Assembly: GCA_036172245.1 (NCBI GenBank)
Contig: JAYWIR010000003.1
Coordinates: 4,960,001 to 5,024,000, forward strand
DNA: 64,000 bases
DNA from: Raillietiella orientalis
Taxonomy: Eukaryota
Direction: 5' to 3'
Shown: positions 23,141 to 36,560 of the stretch, in pieces
Numbering within the stretch: the stretch's first letter is position 1
How the letters are laid out: each line of letters starts with the position of its first letter
Position numbers and translations under genes: made by a program
Notes under the pieces: generated by a model
Told to the model about the DNA's origin: nothing
Seen by the model: only the letters and a program-made list of their open reading frames with translations
Database searches by the model: none

Positions 23141-26100
23141 TCACTCCTGTGCGATGCGCTCGGGGGAGAAGGGAGTGTGTCTCCCGCTGCTCCTCGAGGT
23201 CACTTGTCGGACACAGGCACGGACCACGTTCCACGGATCGTGGGGCAGGAGAACCTCCTCCCCCTTCCTCCTCCCTTCCGGTAGGGGGCACGTGGCTCTC
23301 CCCACAGGGAAGGCCGATCCAGAGGGGACGTTCGAGGCCCTGAACCCATCCCGCCCGGCCTGAGACCTCCACGCCGAGTCCTGCTGCAACAGGAGCTGGA
23401 GGGTGAGGGGAGACAGACAGTCATTCACGGAGAGGCGAGGGGGGAGCGACCCCTGACAGTCACCGGGGCGGCGGTCGCCTCTGCGGAAGTCACGCCTCGC
23501 CCGCGCGCGACTTCCGGTGGATGCCGGAGGCGGCTCGCGACCGGTGCCGAGGCGGCGGAACTGGCGCCTGTGGCGGGGTGGGAGTGAAGCCTCGTCGCGG
23601 CCCTATCGCCAGATCTCTCGCAACAGAAGAGGGCGCGGTCCGCGTGGATCGGGACGACGCCGTTGGTGGTGGAGGAAGTGGTCGCGGCGTGGCTGAAGCG
23701 TGGGAAGGGTAAGGGGGAAGGAGGAGGGGAGCCGTCACTAGGGAACACGAGGTCCAGTGATGGACCAGACGCGCCGCGAGCCCAAAGCGGAGGCGGTCGA
23801 CGAGCCCGCGCTTCAAGCAGGCTGAGGGTTCCTCTGCGCGTTCAGGACCGGGAAAGGGGACGAGGGGAGGGCTCATTCTTCGCGCGGGTAAGTGGGCCGC
23901 CAGCCCGCGCATCTAGGTGGCCCTCCGCCGCGCAGCTTCCTTCGTGGAGGAGCTGCGCCTAGCCCCCGTCCTCCCGGAGAGAGGCCCGACGGCTGTGGGG
24001 ACGAAGGAGAGGAAATCACTCGAGGAAGTGCGCGGGCGCGCGAAGAGAGGGGGGGGGGAGAAGGAAACCACCTTCGGCAGTTCTCTGTGGGACGAGAGAA
24101 CGTGATCGGCACCACGTGCGAGAGGGGGCGCGCCGATCGCGACCTCTACCTCGGCCGCCGCAGGTGCCGGACGGAACGGCGACGCCCGGAGCAACGGGGC
24201 GAAGCAAGGGAGGGGAGCAGGGATTGGATCCGGCAATCCCGGAGAGTTGCTTTCGGGGACGTGGGAGCGGGACGCGTGGGGACGCCAGAAGCGGGAGCTA
24301 ATTGATATTCATGAACCCCCGTCCGAGATCGGGAGCCAATCAAGAACTGGGAAGCCTCGCGGATTTAATTCCAGGAACTCTTTCCTGTCCGCGGCGACGG
24401 GATTGATGTTCCTGGAAGACTTGAGCGACCTCGCCTCCCGGAAGGGTACCCCCGCGTGTCCGTGAGAAGGCGCGGACAGATGGGCCACTGCCGGGAGTAG
24501 TGCAGGCAGATGGGGAACCGGGAGCCCTCCGTCCCGGGAACTAAGACTCGGCGTCTTCTTGCCCCTCTCCTTCCCTCTTCCCTCGGGAGCGGGGGTCCTG
24601 CTAAAGTCTTTTTCCCCTCCTTTCCGCGGACGGGACCGCAGGCGCGCTCGGAAGAGGGCGTGGAGGGGATGGGTTAGGTTGGTGCGACCCATCGCAAGCA
24701 CGGCTCCTGTCCCCCACCACCCTTCCGACCTGGAGCGAGGCGTCCGTCCCCGGCGGTAAGGAGGGAAACCCAGTGGCGCCCTCCTCCCTCCGGGAGTAAG
24801 TCCAGCGGACGCTTCCGCTCCCCTCCTCCTTGCCTTTTCCTCGCTCTCTCCCACGGGAGACGGGAGGAATCACTGTCCTCGGTCCCCTCCCTACCTCTCT
24901 CCTCGTTTCTTGGGGTGCGCGCGCGACGCGGCGTCCTCCCTTGAGGGCGTGTCGGCTGGCGACGGCTCTTCCTTCCGTTCTCGAGCCTTCCCGTCTCCCG
25001 CGCAGCGGCGGAGAGTGGGAAGCTGCGGCAACTGATGAGTGGCGCGGCAGCCTGCATATACAATGTGGGCGCAGTGGCAGAAAGAAGTGGAGAAAAGGAG
25101 TGCGCCCGATCCAGATGAGGTCCGGTCGTCGACGCCCAGTCAGGGAGAGGGATGCGCAGGGATCAAAGGAGCCATGGAGGGAAGGAGATGTGGAAACGGA
25201 GGGAGCAGCCCCGCCGATACTTGGACTCTGAGCAAGGAGGACGGACCTTAGCGGAAGAAGCCGGAGACGAGAGGCGCCCCGCACCCACCGGGGGCGGGGG
25301 AAAACAAGAAAAACACCAAGCGACCCAGTCCAGGCGTATGCCCAAGCACGTCCTCTGCCCCCCCTTTTTTTTTCTTTTTGCTTCCTTCCCTGAAGGCGAC
25401 CTCCCCCCCCCTCTTTGGCGACTGCGAGGAGGCCGATTGCGTCCCTCGAGCCTCGGTGAGGGCTGAAAGGAAGTAGCAACAATGCGCCGGTGATTGGGAG
25501 GGATCGGGAGGCGTTTTCCAAGAGGGAGTCAGAAGGACGTGGGATCCTTTTCCGGGGGGCGCGATTGGGCAACGTTCCGTTGCTGTGGGGGACTGCTGGG
25601 AAGACAAAAAAAAAAAAGATCACCGCCTCCTCCGTTGAGTTTTCCCCCCTCCTTCCTTTTTTTTCAGCTTCGCCGCGGCATTGTCTTTTGCGAAAACTGG
25701 GAAAGGGGGAGGGGAATTGGACGCTCCGGCGACCATTCGCTCCCACGCTCTCGGGTGCACCGACCATGCGGGAGCCACAAGAGGAAAGCAGCACGGCGCC
25801 CTCATCGAGCGCCTTACTCATCAGCAGTGTCTGATGATAACGATCATGGTGGTATTGGTGATAGTGGCGCTGGCGAGCCAACCATCAGCAGATCCCCCCT
25901 GTGAGGGAGTTGGGTGTGGGCTCGTAACTGCTACCGCTTCAGCTGGACGCGCCACCGGCGCACTTCCGGTAGATGCGCCGCAATGACAACCTGGAAGCGA
26001 AGCTTCTGCCTTTCCGCCTTTCTCTCCTCCCGCACTCCCCTTCCGTAGGGCTTCCTTTCCGTCCCGGTCCCCTGGTTCAAGCAGGTTCGGGCATCGGCAG

Positions 26101-28377
26101 CGCCGCCGCCGGAAGAACCCCGCGTCGCTTGTACGCAGAGGAGCTCAGCCTCGCTCCTTTGCGTGCGGCGCGCCAACGCGTCCAGGGGGATCAGGAGGTT
26201 CCCGATGGCACGGTGTGGTCCACAGCCATCTGACCCCTTGACGCTGGAATACTGGGTTTCGCGCTTTCGGGAAATGAGCAAGGTCAATTCTCTTCTACGG
26301 CGGCTTCTACCGTGGTGCTGAGCAGCTTCCGGGGCGCGGTTGCGTGTGACAACTGGAGCTCGAGATGGTGGGAACGGTCCGAAGCATCCAAGTCGGTCCA
26401 AGACAGGAGGAAGGGTCGAAGACCAGGGCGATCTTTGGAGGCATCGCCCCGCCGTAACGTGACGTTCCGACTGGCGACGGCGGAGGCGTCGGAAGGGTGT
26501 GGACGTAAAAGTGGAAGGAGACTTCGGTGACGAAAGGGATGGCGTTCGACGTTCGCAGAAACGCGCACGCGCAGCACGCCTTTGGGGAGCCTTCCTGGAG
26601 CAAGTTCAACGGGGGACCCCCTTGCGAATTCCGCCTCCCGGAGCTCGGCTGCTCCCTTGTGCTCTGGGAGAAAACGGAGGATGGGCTGGCGCCGGGCTCC
26701 AAGCTCGCCGGATGCTGGCTGCTTGGCAGAGATGGGATGGCCCGTCCCTGTCGCTCGTCAAACTCGCCCAAGAACAAGACGCTGGAATGGGCAGCGCTAT
26801 AAGCGCTTTAGCCTGCAAGTGGAAGCGAGGATCTGCACAGAATGCACGTGCACCCAAAAGAATTCAGATGTACTCACTTTCACGTATATAAAATGACCTC
26901 GCAACTTACACAAAAAATAACTTTTTACATGGGATGATCGCACAATTCATTTATATCTTTTCTGTATTACAATCCTGACGTGTATGTGTGCTTTTCATAC
27001 GCTTGTGCCTGCGTGCGCTCCAACAGCCCTGCCTGTGGCATCAGCCTGTTAGCACACTCTATCTACCCAGTCTATTTACATCGTGCCTATCTAGTTACAT
27101 ATCGAAGAGAGATATCCATGGCGCCTCTCCTGTGTGTATTATATAGTGGATGGACAGACAAGCCACACAGAGAATAGCATCCTCCCACTCATACCCACAC
27201 GCATCAGTTAGCTTTCCACTCGTAAATAGACATGGGTGGAGAGTGGAGCCATCTGTGCAAGCAAGCAGGTGTGTTGCTGAAAAAAGTAGGTGTGGGGGTC
27301 GTTTGCGGGACGGGGAGCTCACTGCATGTGTCGGTGACGAACGGCTTCTGCGAGCTATCAACGATCTCTACGTCACGTGCTAACGGGGCCCGACAGCCAT
27401 TCCTCCATGTCGCGCGCGGAAGGAGCTTTCAGCCGGCAGACGGTTCCGACTGTAGAGAGACGCCTTGTTTTCCGGTCTCGGTTCGCCGCCGGCGCTCTTA
27501 AAGGCTCCACCCGGCTGCCACGCTCCCGTCCCCTGGACAACGTTGCTTCCACCTCCGTGGACCGCGACTGCGGAGGAATAGCGAAACCGGTGACGAATTC
27601 CTCGAGCCAGAGGGCGACGTCTCTCAAGCTCTCGGAAGCCTGCGAGCATCAGAAGCGCCCGTAGCTCATCGCCCTCCTCCCAGGCGCCTCGTACTGCCCC
27701 TGCCAATGCCGCCTCCGGGAACAGCCTCTGGCGGACGACCCGCAATTGAGGGCGACGCGCGAGCCGCAGCAGCGCTGATCCAATTCGCATGGCTGCCACG
27801 TGAGCGCACACCACCGAGCCGGACATCTCTGCATTGACCATGTGAGGCTTTCCCGGACACTGAGCGCGGTCTGCATTGGGAGACTCGGAGTCCTGGATCC
27901 TGGATCCCCTTCTCCACACAAGCAGCAAATCGGCTGAAGGAATCCGCCGTAGACATCTTCCGTCGTACAGATCCTCCTTAACACGTAGCCGCAGTGCGCC
28001 AACGCCCACTACTGGAACCGCCGCTTCTTAGCCTCAGCGGCGCCACGAACAGCGCGAACGCCAGCCGAGAATAGAAATCGTTTCCACGCCACCTCCGGGT
28101 CACGCGCAAAGTCAGAGGAGCGAGAGAAACGGAACAGTCAGGGTCTGTCCGGGAGGAAGATTCTTGTAGGTGGACGGGTGCACGAGCGTCCAAGTGTATG
28201 GACCAAAAGACCACGGAGAGCCATCAGTAAAGGCATATTGGAGACTGAAAAAGCCCGAAAAAGTGGCTCCGCCCGAAGAGTACGGGGACAGGACGTTGAT
28301 GTCTCCCTCGATCTTCAGAGGCGCGGACGGAGTCCCGTCGGCGCAGTGCCGGTCCTAGGACCCTCTCTTCAGGCTTC

Positions 28378-29210
28378 AGCTAGTGGGCAGTCCTCTTGCG
28401 AAAGCTGTTTCGTGTCTGCGGTCGATTCTCTTGAGTGTCTGCTAGCCACCAGTACCAATCATCCCGATCTCCCCTGCTTCGTTCTCGACGACTGCTCGCT
28501 CCCGGAGCAAAACGTTTCCCTCCGAGCACGTTCTGGGTTGCAAGATCGCCGCGTGTTTCCCATCTCCTCCCCCCTCCTCTCTCCCTCAAAATTGGAGCTG
28601 CACCTAGTGATGTGGAAAGTGACGTCACGATCCTTACTTTCCACCCCTTGAAGACCGTGTGTTTCTGGGCGCTCCAGGATCGCTGAACAACCATCGCCCA
28701 TTGAGCGAGCCAGGAGCTTCCCTTGCCGGTGCTGTAGGAGAAGCTCCTGCAGCACCGGATGCGGGTTTCTGGACTGCCACATGCACGGAGCGCCCATTTC
28801 CGCCGGGAGGGTCTACCCCCACGCAGCATTCCTTCCCTTTGCTACCAGAAGCGGGGACTCTTCCCTGTCTGGAAGGACGAAGGACCACCTCCGGATTTAA
28901 TCTTGGTTCTTGAGTCCTCCATCAGAGCAAGCCATCTCTCGCAACGGACAGTAGGTACTGCTAGCTGAGTTGCTCCAGCAGTTCCGTCCATCGCGAGGGG
29001 TCCTCCTTAGATAGCGGGCAGTCCGCGTGCGAAGGACCGTTTCTTTGTGTCTGCGGTCGATTTCCCCGAGTGCCGGAAGGGGAGGCTAGCCACCAGGAGC
29101 CCGTGCGATTCGGCCCTTCGGAAAGAGGAGAGGAGGCGGTCTCCCTCTGCTCCTCTGATTGCAGTGTTGCGAAGCGAGGTCAGAAGCCTCCTGCCCTCCG
29201 CCCTCGATCA
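28378..29210. repeat. Degenerate direct repeat (about 28378-28650 and 29008-29210) in intron 2
   Basis: Shared blocks tag.gggcagtcc, gtgtctgcggtcgatt and gctagccaccag occur in the same order. Confidence 0.6.
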
Positions 29211-29297
29211 GGGGACGTCAATTCTTCAGGGGTTCTCTCCCTTACGTCGACGGCCGCCTTTCCGGAACCTCTGCAGCTGACGCTTCTGTGCTTCCAG

Positions 29298-29411
29298 GAG
29301 CCCTACGGAATAGCCAAATATAGCCTCAGCAACCGGAGGCTGCGGGACAACCGGAAGGATCTGAGGCCGCAGTTCTGGAAGTGCTACTTCAACGCTCTCT
29401 CGTGCTTCTGA
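29298..29411 (+). CDS. AstCC: Allatostatin C / allatostatin double C-like neuropeptide, last exon encoding the mature peptide
   Basis: cttctgtgcttccag|EPYGIAKYSLSNRRLRDNRK-DLRPQFWKCYFNALSCF*: dibasic RR and RK sites, then W.CYFNA.SCF with a C-x6-C ring, the AstC/AstCC signature. Confidence 0.88.
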   Translation, partial: EPYGIAKYSLSNRRLRDNRKDLRPQFWKCYFNALSCF

Positions 29412-29474
29412 CGGGGCCGGCTCTGGCCGCTGCTGCCGGCGGAAGCTGCGGACGGATGCCTCCGGGAGTGACAC

Positions 29475-29480
29475 AATAAA
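29475..29480 (+). promoter_or_regulatory. Candidate polyadenylation signal for the neuropeptide gene
   Basis: AATAAA 63 nt after the stop codon. Confidence 0.5.
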
Positions 29481-32400
29481 GAGGCGATTTCCTCATATGC
29501 TGCCATAAGACAACGACGGGATTCGTACGGGTGCTCGTTTGCGGCGCTCTCCTCAGGAGGAAGCGCAGCAGAATTCGGGAAAGGGAGGAGAGGAGGGAAG
29601 AGATAAATCACCTCCTGGCGAATAGCCATAAAACTCCCAGGAGGAAGTAGAGGAGGAAGATGCACACATACGCCCTCTGTCCTGCACACTCTCCGGGATC
29701 TCAGCATTCGGAGTACGCCCGGACTGTGCTGAGGAGGGAAAGTGGAAGGCTCTGCAACTATCCATTCAGGGGGACAGGAAAGCGGGACGCTGCGGGGTAG
29801 AGACAGTGAGCGGACGAGATGCCAATGACGGAGTCCCTTTCTCCTTCCTCGTCCTTTTCTCCACCCCATCTCCCCATACAGGCTGCGGCAAACGTATCTA
29901 CAGAAACTCCTCTAGAAGGATCCTAAGAGTTGTTCGAAAACTTCTATCATAGCGGGTCCTCTCTACTGGAGACAAGCATCCCTTATCCCTTATTTCTACC
30001 CGAATTCTGGTCTCCGAAAAGTACGGCAGTGCTGAGATGCGTGGCTATGGAAACCTCGAAAGCGAAGCGGATCGAGACCTCGGGCTATGATGCTTTGCCA
30101 ACGCAAAGGAAACAGAAACTTGGGGAACAATGCTTGAACACTGGAAGAGGGGAACACCCGAGGACACGCGTCTCCCGAAAAGGAAGGAGAAGATCCTTGT
30201 AAGATCCCTCCTGTTTTCCAGGTTTCGGAGAGACTCTGTTCTCTGCTCGACCGAGGCACGTTTGTACTCTTTGAGACCGTCGTGGCGATGAGCGGGCGGG
30301 ATTCTGGCAGTCTCGTCGCCTGCGAATTTCCTTTTTCATCTGATCCGCCCTAGAGACGGAAGGCTCCCATCCGAAAACCCCTCCTAGGAAAGAGAGACGA
30401 CGATCTTCGACGGAAGTGGGTGGCACGCATGCCCACCGCAGTGGAGCGGTGGCTACACTGAACGGAGGGGATCGAGGGAAGGAACCTTCGGGCGTTTCCT
30501 CCCCAGCTCTTCGCCGGATTGCGTGAGCACAACAGTCTCATGGGTTGTGCCCAGCACTTCCCACGTGGTGGTGGCGCACCACCATGGGGAGCCTTGTGCT
30601 TCTTTCTCTGGGCATTGAATTCCTGCTTTGTGGCAGCCGAGGGGAGGAAGTAGCTCCTTCCTGTGCTTGTGGGTCGGGGAAACGGCAGGGGTTACGTGGC
30701 TAGTCGCTGAACAGCATAGTGGGGGAGAGTCACCATTCGTAAACAACAGAACCTGGCAACCGAAGGAAGAGACTGGAGCGGGGTGCGGACACATCAGGAG
30801 ATCGCGGCAAAGTAAAGAGGAAGACGAATGCGGGAGCCCTCTCCAGGATGTCCTCCCAAATATCCCGGAAGGCGTGAGGATGCTGAGGAGCTTAAGTTGC
30901 CTGGTGAGTAGGCCTCATCGTGTGACCCTGCTGACAGGAGAATGGTGACTTAAAGCACGAGCCGACTTGGGGCACGCACAAGCGGCAGAGTCGCAGCAGA
31001 ATCAAGTGCTCCAGTATTTCGCGAAAAACGAGGTGCTTACTGGTCTCCAGGAACGACAGCACCGGATGCATACTGGCAACGGATGCAACACGCGTACAGC
31101 GATGATGCATCACAGGAAAGGAAAGAGGCGACTGGGATTCCCGGCCAGTGGTGAAGCAGAGTCCGCTAGTATGGCAAAGGGGGAGCAGAGGACATCGCAA
31201 AAGATTGGCTTCAAACAGGTGCGTGACGAAGTGGTGATCTCGAGTCGAGGTCTTCAATCCGTTCTTACGGAGCTCTGAGGAACTTTTTCGAGGTCGAAGA
31301 ATCCGGCTCAATAACCATGCTTACGGAGACTAGACACCACCATTACCGAAAGAAAAAAAAGGATAACACGCTGATGTTGACACGGAAACGCGCTATCTCG
31401 AATGCTGGGCATTATGGGGCTGGCAACTCAGCACGGCAAGGCTCGATAGATTTTCGACGGTACAACTCCACGGTGGGTAGTCCAGATGCAACGGGACTTC
31501 TAGAGGGTAGTCTGGATGCCGTGGGAACTGGCAGGAAGCATGTCTCGTTTAGAGCACCTCGACTTCAGAAGGGAAACTTACGGAGGAATGCGAGCAGATT
31601 ACCAGAGATGTGAGAAGTTCGCACTCTTAGGGAGGGAGAACTGGGAGGACACTTCGTTCTGGAGACCTTCACAAAAATGACAGAGAACCGGTCCGTGATG
31701 AAACAGTGTCAATTCCGGACCTTGGCAACAGACTTGATTCATTGTCGACGCTGGGGTTCCTTCCCCTCGAAAAAGTTTTCCTCCCAGTGAAGCCAGCGAG
31801 GGTCCTCAGAAAAGCATTTTCATCCAGCTCGGACTCTCGACAAGCAAGGTAGGGGCGCGAAGGAGCACGGACGGCATAGTCCCATGGGAGGAGGAGAACA
31901 GAAAGAATTCTGTTTCTTGAGCAGCTGCCTAGAAGGAGCACCTGATCTGCCCTTGTGTTCTCAATCCTGTTCTCACGCACTACCCTCTGTCTTCTACCTC
32001 TGTCCTTCTCTGTCCTCTTCCTTCAGTCTAGGGAGAAGGAGGTGAAGCAGGAAGACAGCAGGAAGGAGGACAGCACGAAGAAGTAGCAAAATGTACGAGC
32101 ACATTTCTTCTTCCTTCCTTTCTTCTGGGAGATGGAACATCTGGACTCTGAAGGGTATCTTTCTGACAACCGAAAGAATCTTTGCCCTCTCAAAATCCCC
32201 CAGGGAGGGCCCATTCCACTCCAGAAGAAGACAGGCTGAAGTCCTATTTGTTGCCGCTTTCTGCAAAGCTCTTCACTCCAGTGATACATTCTCATTCTCT
32301 TGTGGACGATGCGAAAGCATTCGACTTAGCATTCCTTCTGAGTTTTTCGGGAATTCAGAGAACGCGGAAAGTCCAGAGAACTGTAAGGTCATTAAATATG

Positions 32401-35400
32401 ACCTTCTCTTACAGTCCTCCGGATTCCTCTTAAGCTTCTGGTTCCCTCCACCTTTACCCTGAAAGAGATCGTCCTTCCTCTTCTTTCACCTTCCCTCTAC
32501 GATTTGAAAGTCGCCAAGGAAGATCATCCTCGCAGTGGCGCAGTCTGGGTTTTCAGGAGGAAGAGTCCTACCGTCGGTAGCATTAGAAAGCGATAGTAAG
32601 ACAAAGAAGGGAAGGGGAAACGCTTCTGTAACAGGAGAAGCTTCTAGGTAAAAGCTTTTTGGGAGGATTCTCAGGATTGCTCTGGCCCTGGACATGACTT
32701 TTTACTACTTCTCAGGGACACGACAGCACTTCCTTCACTTGGATGAGAGAAAGGATCAGCGATCTACTCTCGAAGCGTAGCCGTGGCTATCCGTTGTTCC
32801 TTTCCCCTTTTCTCTTTCTGGAATATTCGGAGCAAATTCCTCCTCTCCACGAAACTCGTCATCCCCTCTGGTCCCGTCCAAGGCCCGTCTTCCCTTTTTC
32901 CAACGGAACCACGAGAGAGACTATCGTGTGCTTTTCAAGAGTATTCAGTCCTCATCTCTGAGTCCAACTCGCCATGTTCCAATTTTTTTTTCCATTTCAG
33001 GAAGTTGTTTTCCTGTGGCAATTTCAGCATGTTGGTAGCACTAGAGCTGCTTCCAGAAGTTAAGCGGCCGTTCCATTCTGGGAAGCTGGTGTAGTCACGA
33101 GGAAAAAAGTACACGGCACATGGGTGGGGTCCTCTTAGTGGGGGATAGGAGGAGGAGGAGCTCAAGGGGAAGCAAAGTATCCACTACTACTCACCACTCG
33201 CCTTTCTCAAGAAACAGCCCCTCCACCTCCTCAAAGGGATGGTAAGAAAGGACCCTTTGGGGATCACTTCTGTGACAGAGCTCGAAATGCTCACGCCAGT
33301 CTGATCCACTTGGGGAAGCTCGCCGAGGACCGCTCATGTACCAAGTATTCTTCTTTCCTCTGTGTCACCCATGTATGGAAGAGCCATATTCTTCAATCTA
33401 CCATCGGAGGCGCTACGTGCATAGTCGCGAAAGACGTTCTTCTGGGGTTGTCAATGCTGCTTTCTCTCCTCTTTGTTGCCGCTTCCTGCAAAGTGGAAGA
33501 AGGAAGGGAGGGGAAGGGGGGGAAGAGATGCATCGACTGCATCCTCTGAGGCAGTTTCCCGGATCCCTTTGGAAAAAAGCTGCAAAGATTGACCAGAACC
33601 ATGCTGTTCTAACGAGAGGTTGCATCTTTTCTGAGACGATAGCAAAGCTCTTATAAACGATGTCATGGAATCGGAAAATTGAAAAATTTGAAAAATTCAC
33701 GCCGGCAAGCCTATCCTCTCCTCATCGTAGTTTTGATTTGGAAGGGGAGGGAAGGAGCAGATGAAAGTACAAATTCAGGACGAAGTTAATGAGTCCTCTG
33801 TATGTTCCAAACCCACGGCGCGGAGTTTCTGACGTGATTCCTGCGGTAGTTTGTGCAACGAACAAGGAGCCTCAAGAGTGCGTTACGCACCGAGCAGCCT
33901 CTTTGAGAGCCATCGCAGCTGCTCTGCGGGATTATTCATCCCCCTTTCCTCCTTCCTCAGGTCGTGATGAGCACGATCTCCCACCTGATCCTGTCCAACC
34001 ACATTTCTCCTTCAGAAGAGAGCAGTGCATTCCGGCAGCTGGCACTAAGATTTCCGAATTTTTCTGCGTGACCACGAACAGCCTTGAAGGAAGTGCCCTC
34101 CCTCCATCTGCATGGAGGCTTCCCAATTACTTCTCTCGCTTTCCTTGGAGAGGGCGGGACTTGTTTCTGTGTTCTCCTCCCCTCCCCCTCGTTTCGCTGC
34201 CTGAACGGAGGAGTCACCACTCATGGACATTTTTCCTTCCGCCTGCTCCCTGGCCTGAGAAAGTTCTCGTGAGAGACTTTCCCCACGATTCCGTCCGGAT
34301 CCCCAAAGCTTCCAGTCACCTGCCGACTTCCGCAGCCTGGGGCTATCCCGAATCCGACCCAAGAGGCAGCCCCAGGGTAACAAAGCTTCCTCCCTCGACG
34401 ACGCCAATCCAGTGTCTCTTTGGAAGCTCCAGACCCAGCTTCCATTTCCCTTCCAAGGTATTCAAAACGCCTGTCAAGAGTTCCAGTCCTCCACTTGAGA
34501 CCTCTCCGCAGTGCGCACAGCAGTCTGCTTTCTTCCTGCCCTAATGACCAACAAAAGTCGTTCCTGAGATGAGAGAAAGAATTGATGGGACATAGGGTTT
34601 TGTCAGGAAGAATCATGAGATACAGCTGGAGTGCGCAGACAAGATGCTGTCTGCAAGGTTTCTGGGGAGCGTGATTTCGAAGATGCTGTCTTCGAAATCA
34701 CGCTCCTTCTGCCAGTGTCAGAAAGATCAGCCTGCTCCATATATCTAACTCAGGAGAATTCGGGGCACTCCTTTCCACTGCCCAGAGGTGGACAGACCTC
34801 GGAATGGGGCACAGCTGCTCCCATAGGAATGGCCGAAGCTCGGAAGAAGGGAAAACACACAAATGTGGAAGCAATCACAAATGACGCTTACAGGAGAGAG
34901 AGGTCCCTTGATACTTTCCCAAAGCATTAGGATGGCGGGACACTTTCTGAGAAGACATCGCTTCCATTCTCCTTTCTGGGTGTCTCGCCCGCTTTCTGGG
35001 TGGGAGCAATCAATAAGTTCGTTTCTAGTCCGATCACTGGGAGGGAAAGAGACTCGTTGAAGAAGCTCCGAAAGGGAGAGGATATTGATGAGACCAGCTA
35101 AGGATGAGAACCGTTGCCATTATTCTGCAGAGCCATGTCGTGTTCCTTCAGGCGTTTCCCCCCGTCCTTGTTGTTGCCGAACGAAGAAACATCACCCACT
35201 CCAACAAATAATAATAAATAAAATAAAATACGAAGAGGAAGGAGAGAGAAGGGAGGAACCCAGGAGTGAGATGGCATCGTTTAGTGTTTTCATGGGGAGG
35301 AAAACTCGAGAGCAAACCAACGTCAGCCTCTGCATTCGACTTTCGAGTCGCCAGACAAGAGCAGCAGCAAGCAAGGTTGCATTTCTTCCATTTCACATCC

Positions 35401-35849
35401 CTATTCCCAGCCTTACAAATGAAAAAGCCGTACACACCCCAGGAGATACAAAATCCTTTCGGACCCTGCCAGGGAGAAAAGGAGAACCTACGGTCTTCCG
35501 GCCACCAGACTCTTTTCTCCCTTTTCCCCCTCTTTTACCTTCGGAATGCTCCATAACCCGTCGAATGTGCTCCTCTTGGGTTTCGTGCGCTCTCTCCTGG
35601 ACCTCCATTATAATAAGAGGACAGAGGCTGTCGACGACCTCCAGCCACCGGCACGACAGCTGCTGAGACAGAGAGAGAGAGAAGTTGGGACGTGGCGATT
35701 CTCTGAGCTCCTCGCTTTCTGGGAGGAAGGAATTGGAGGCGGTACTCCAGTTCAGTGGCCGTCTGCGAGAAAGGACAGGAGGTCTTGATCGAGAGTCCCG
35801 AGAACCATTTAAGAGTGGCTGCTGCAGAATGGGAGTGCGTAGGAGAGGA

Positions 35850-36560
35850 AAGTTGGTCCGTCCGTCTGGGATTGGAAGAGGAGAAAAATGGAATGAAGTT
35901 TCGGAAACACTTTCAACGAGGCTGAACACTGCTCTGGACAGCATTCTGAGGATCTCACATTGAGACACCTGAGAAAATTTACGCGGAAAAAAGCTGAACC
36001 ACATGCAGGGATCCCTTCTCTTATATCTTCTGGATGATATGTCTGAGGACGCTGCGTAATCTCCTTCGCAACCACCGAGCAGGAAGAAGACCGGTGCTGT
36101 TTTTCTGGGGAGTTTTGCATTGCTACTTTTAGGATGCAACGGAAGGAAGGTAATTTCATTGCTTTCTGTTGGGACGAAACAGTGACTTTCTCGTCGTTCT
36201 GGCGGAGATGACGAGACGGGCACCCAGAGCCCAAAGGGAAGATGCCAGGAACCCGCAGTCACTACTGTTGACTTCCAAGGAGCTCAAGGCCGTCCATCGA
36301 GATGGATGAGTTTGAGGATTCTGTAGCCTCCCAGGTGGACCTTCTCTCGGATGCCGAGCAGTATCCGAGAGTAAACGTCAGAAAACCTTTGTGATATGCA
36401 TGACGAAAGAGATGTGACTTCCTCGCCCAGAAGACAAGCACCCAATCATTACTTGGATCACGTCTTTGTAACAGATGAGAACTTTGGCAGATTAGAACAT
36501 GGGACCTGGATGCCAATATTCCCGGATTTCCGAAAATAAAGCCACGTTCGTCAACAGGTC
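35850..36560 (+). mobile_element. Highly degenerate DIRS-like RT-RNase H relic
   Basis: Motifs in order across frameshifts: RKFTRK..GIP..YLLDD (about 35970-36037), FLG/FCIATFRM (about 36100-36135), LLSDA (about 36340-36355), LWQIRTWDLDANIPG (about 36480-36527; compare A.HIPG). Confidence 0.4.

Noticed and set aside
27649..28002. Cys-rich minus-strand ORF within the neuropeptide intron
   Set aside because: No recognisable cysteine spacing pattern, signal peptide or convincing splice structure.
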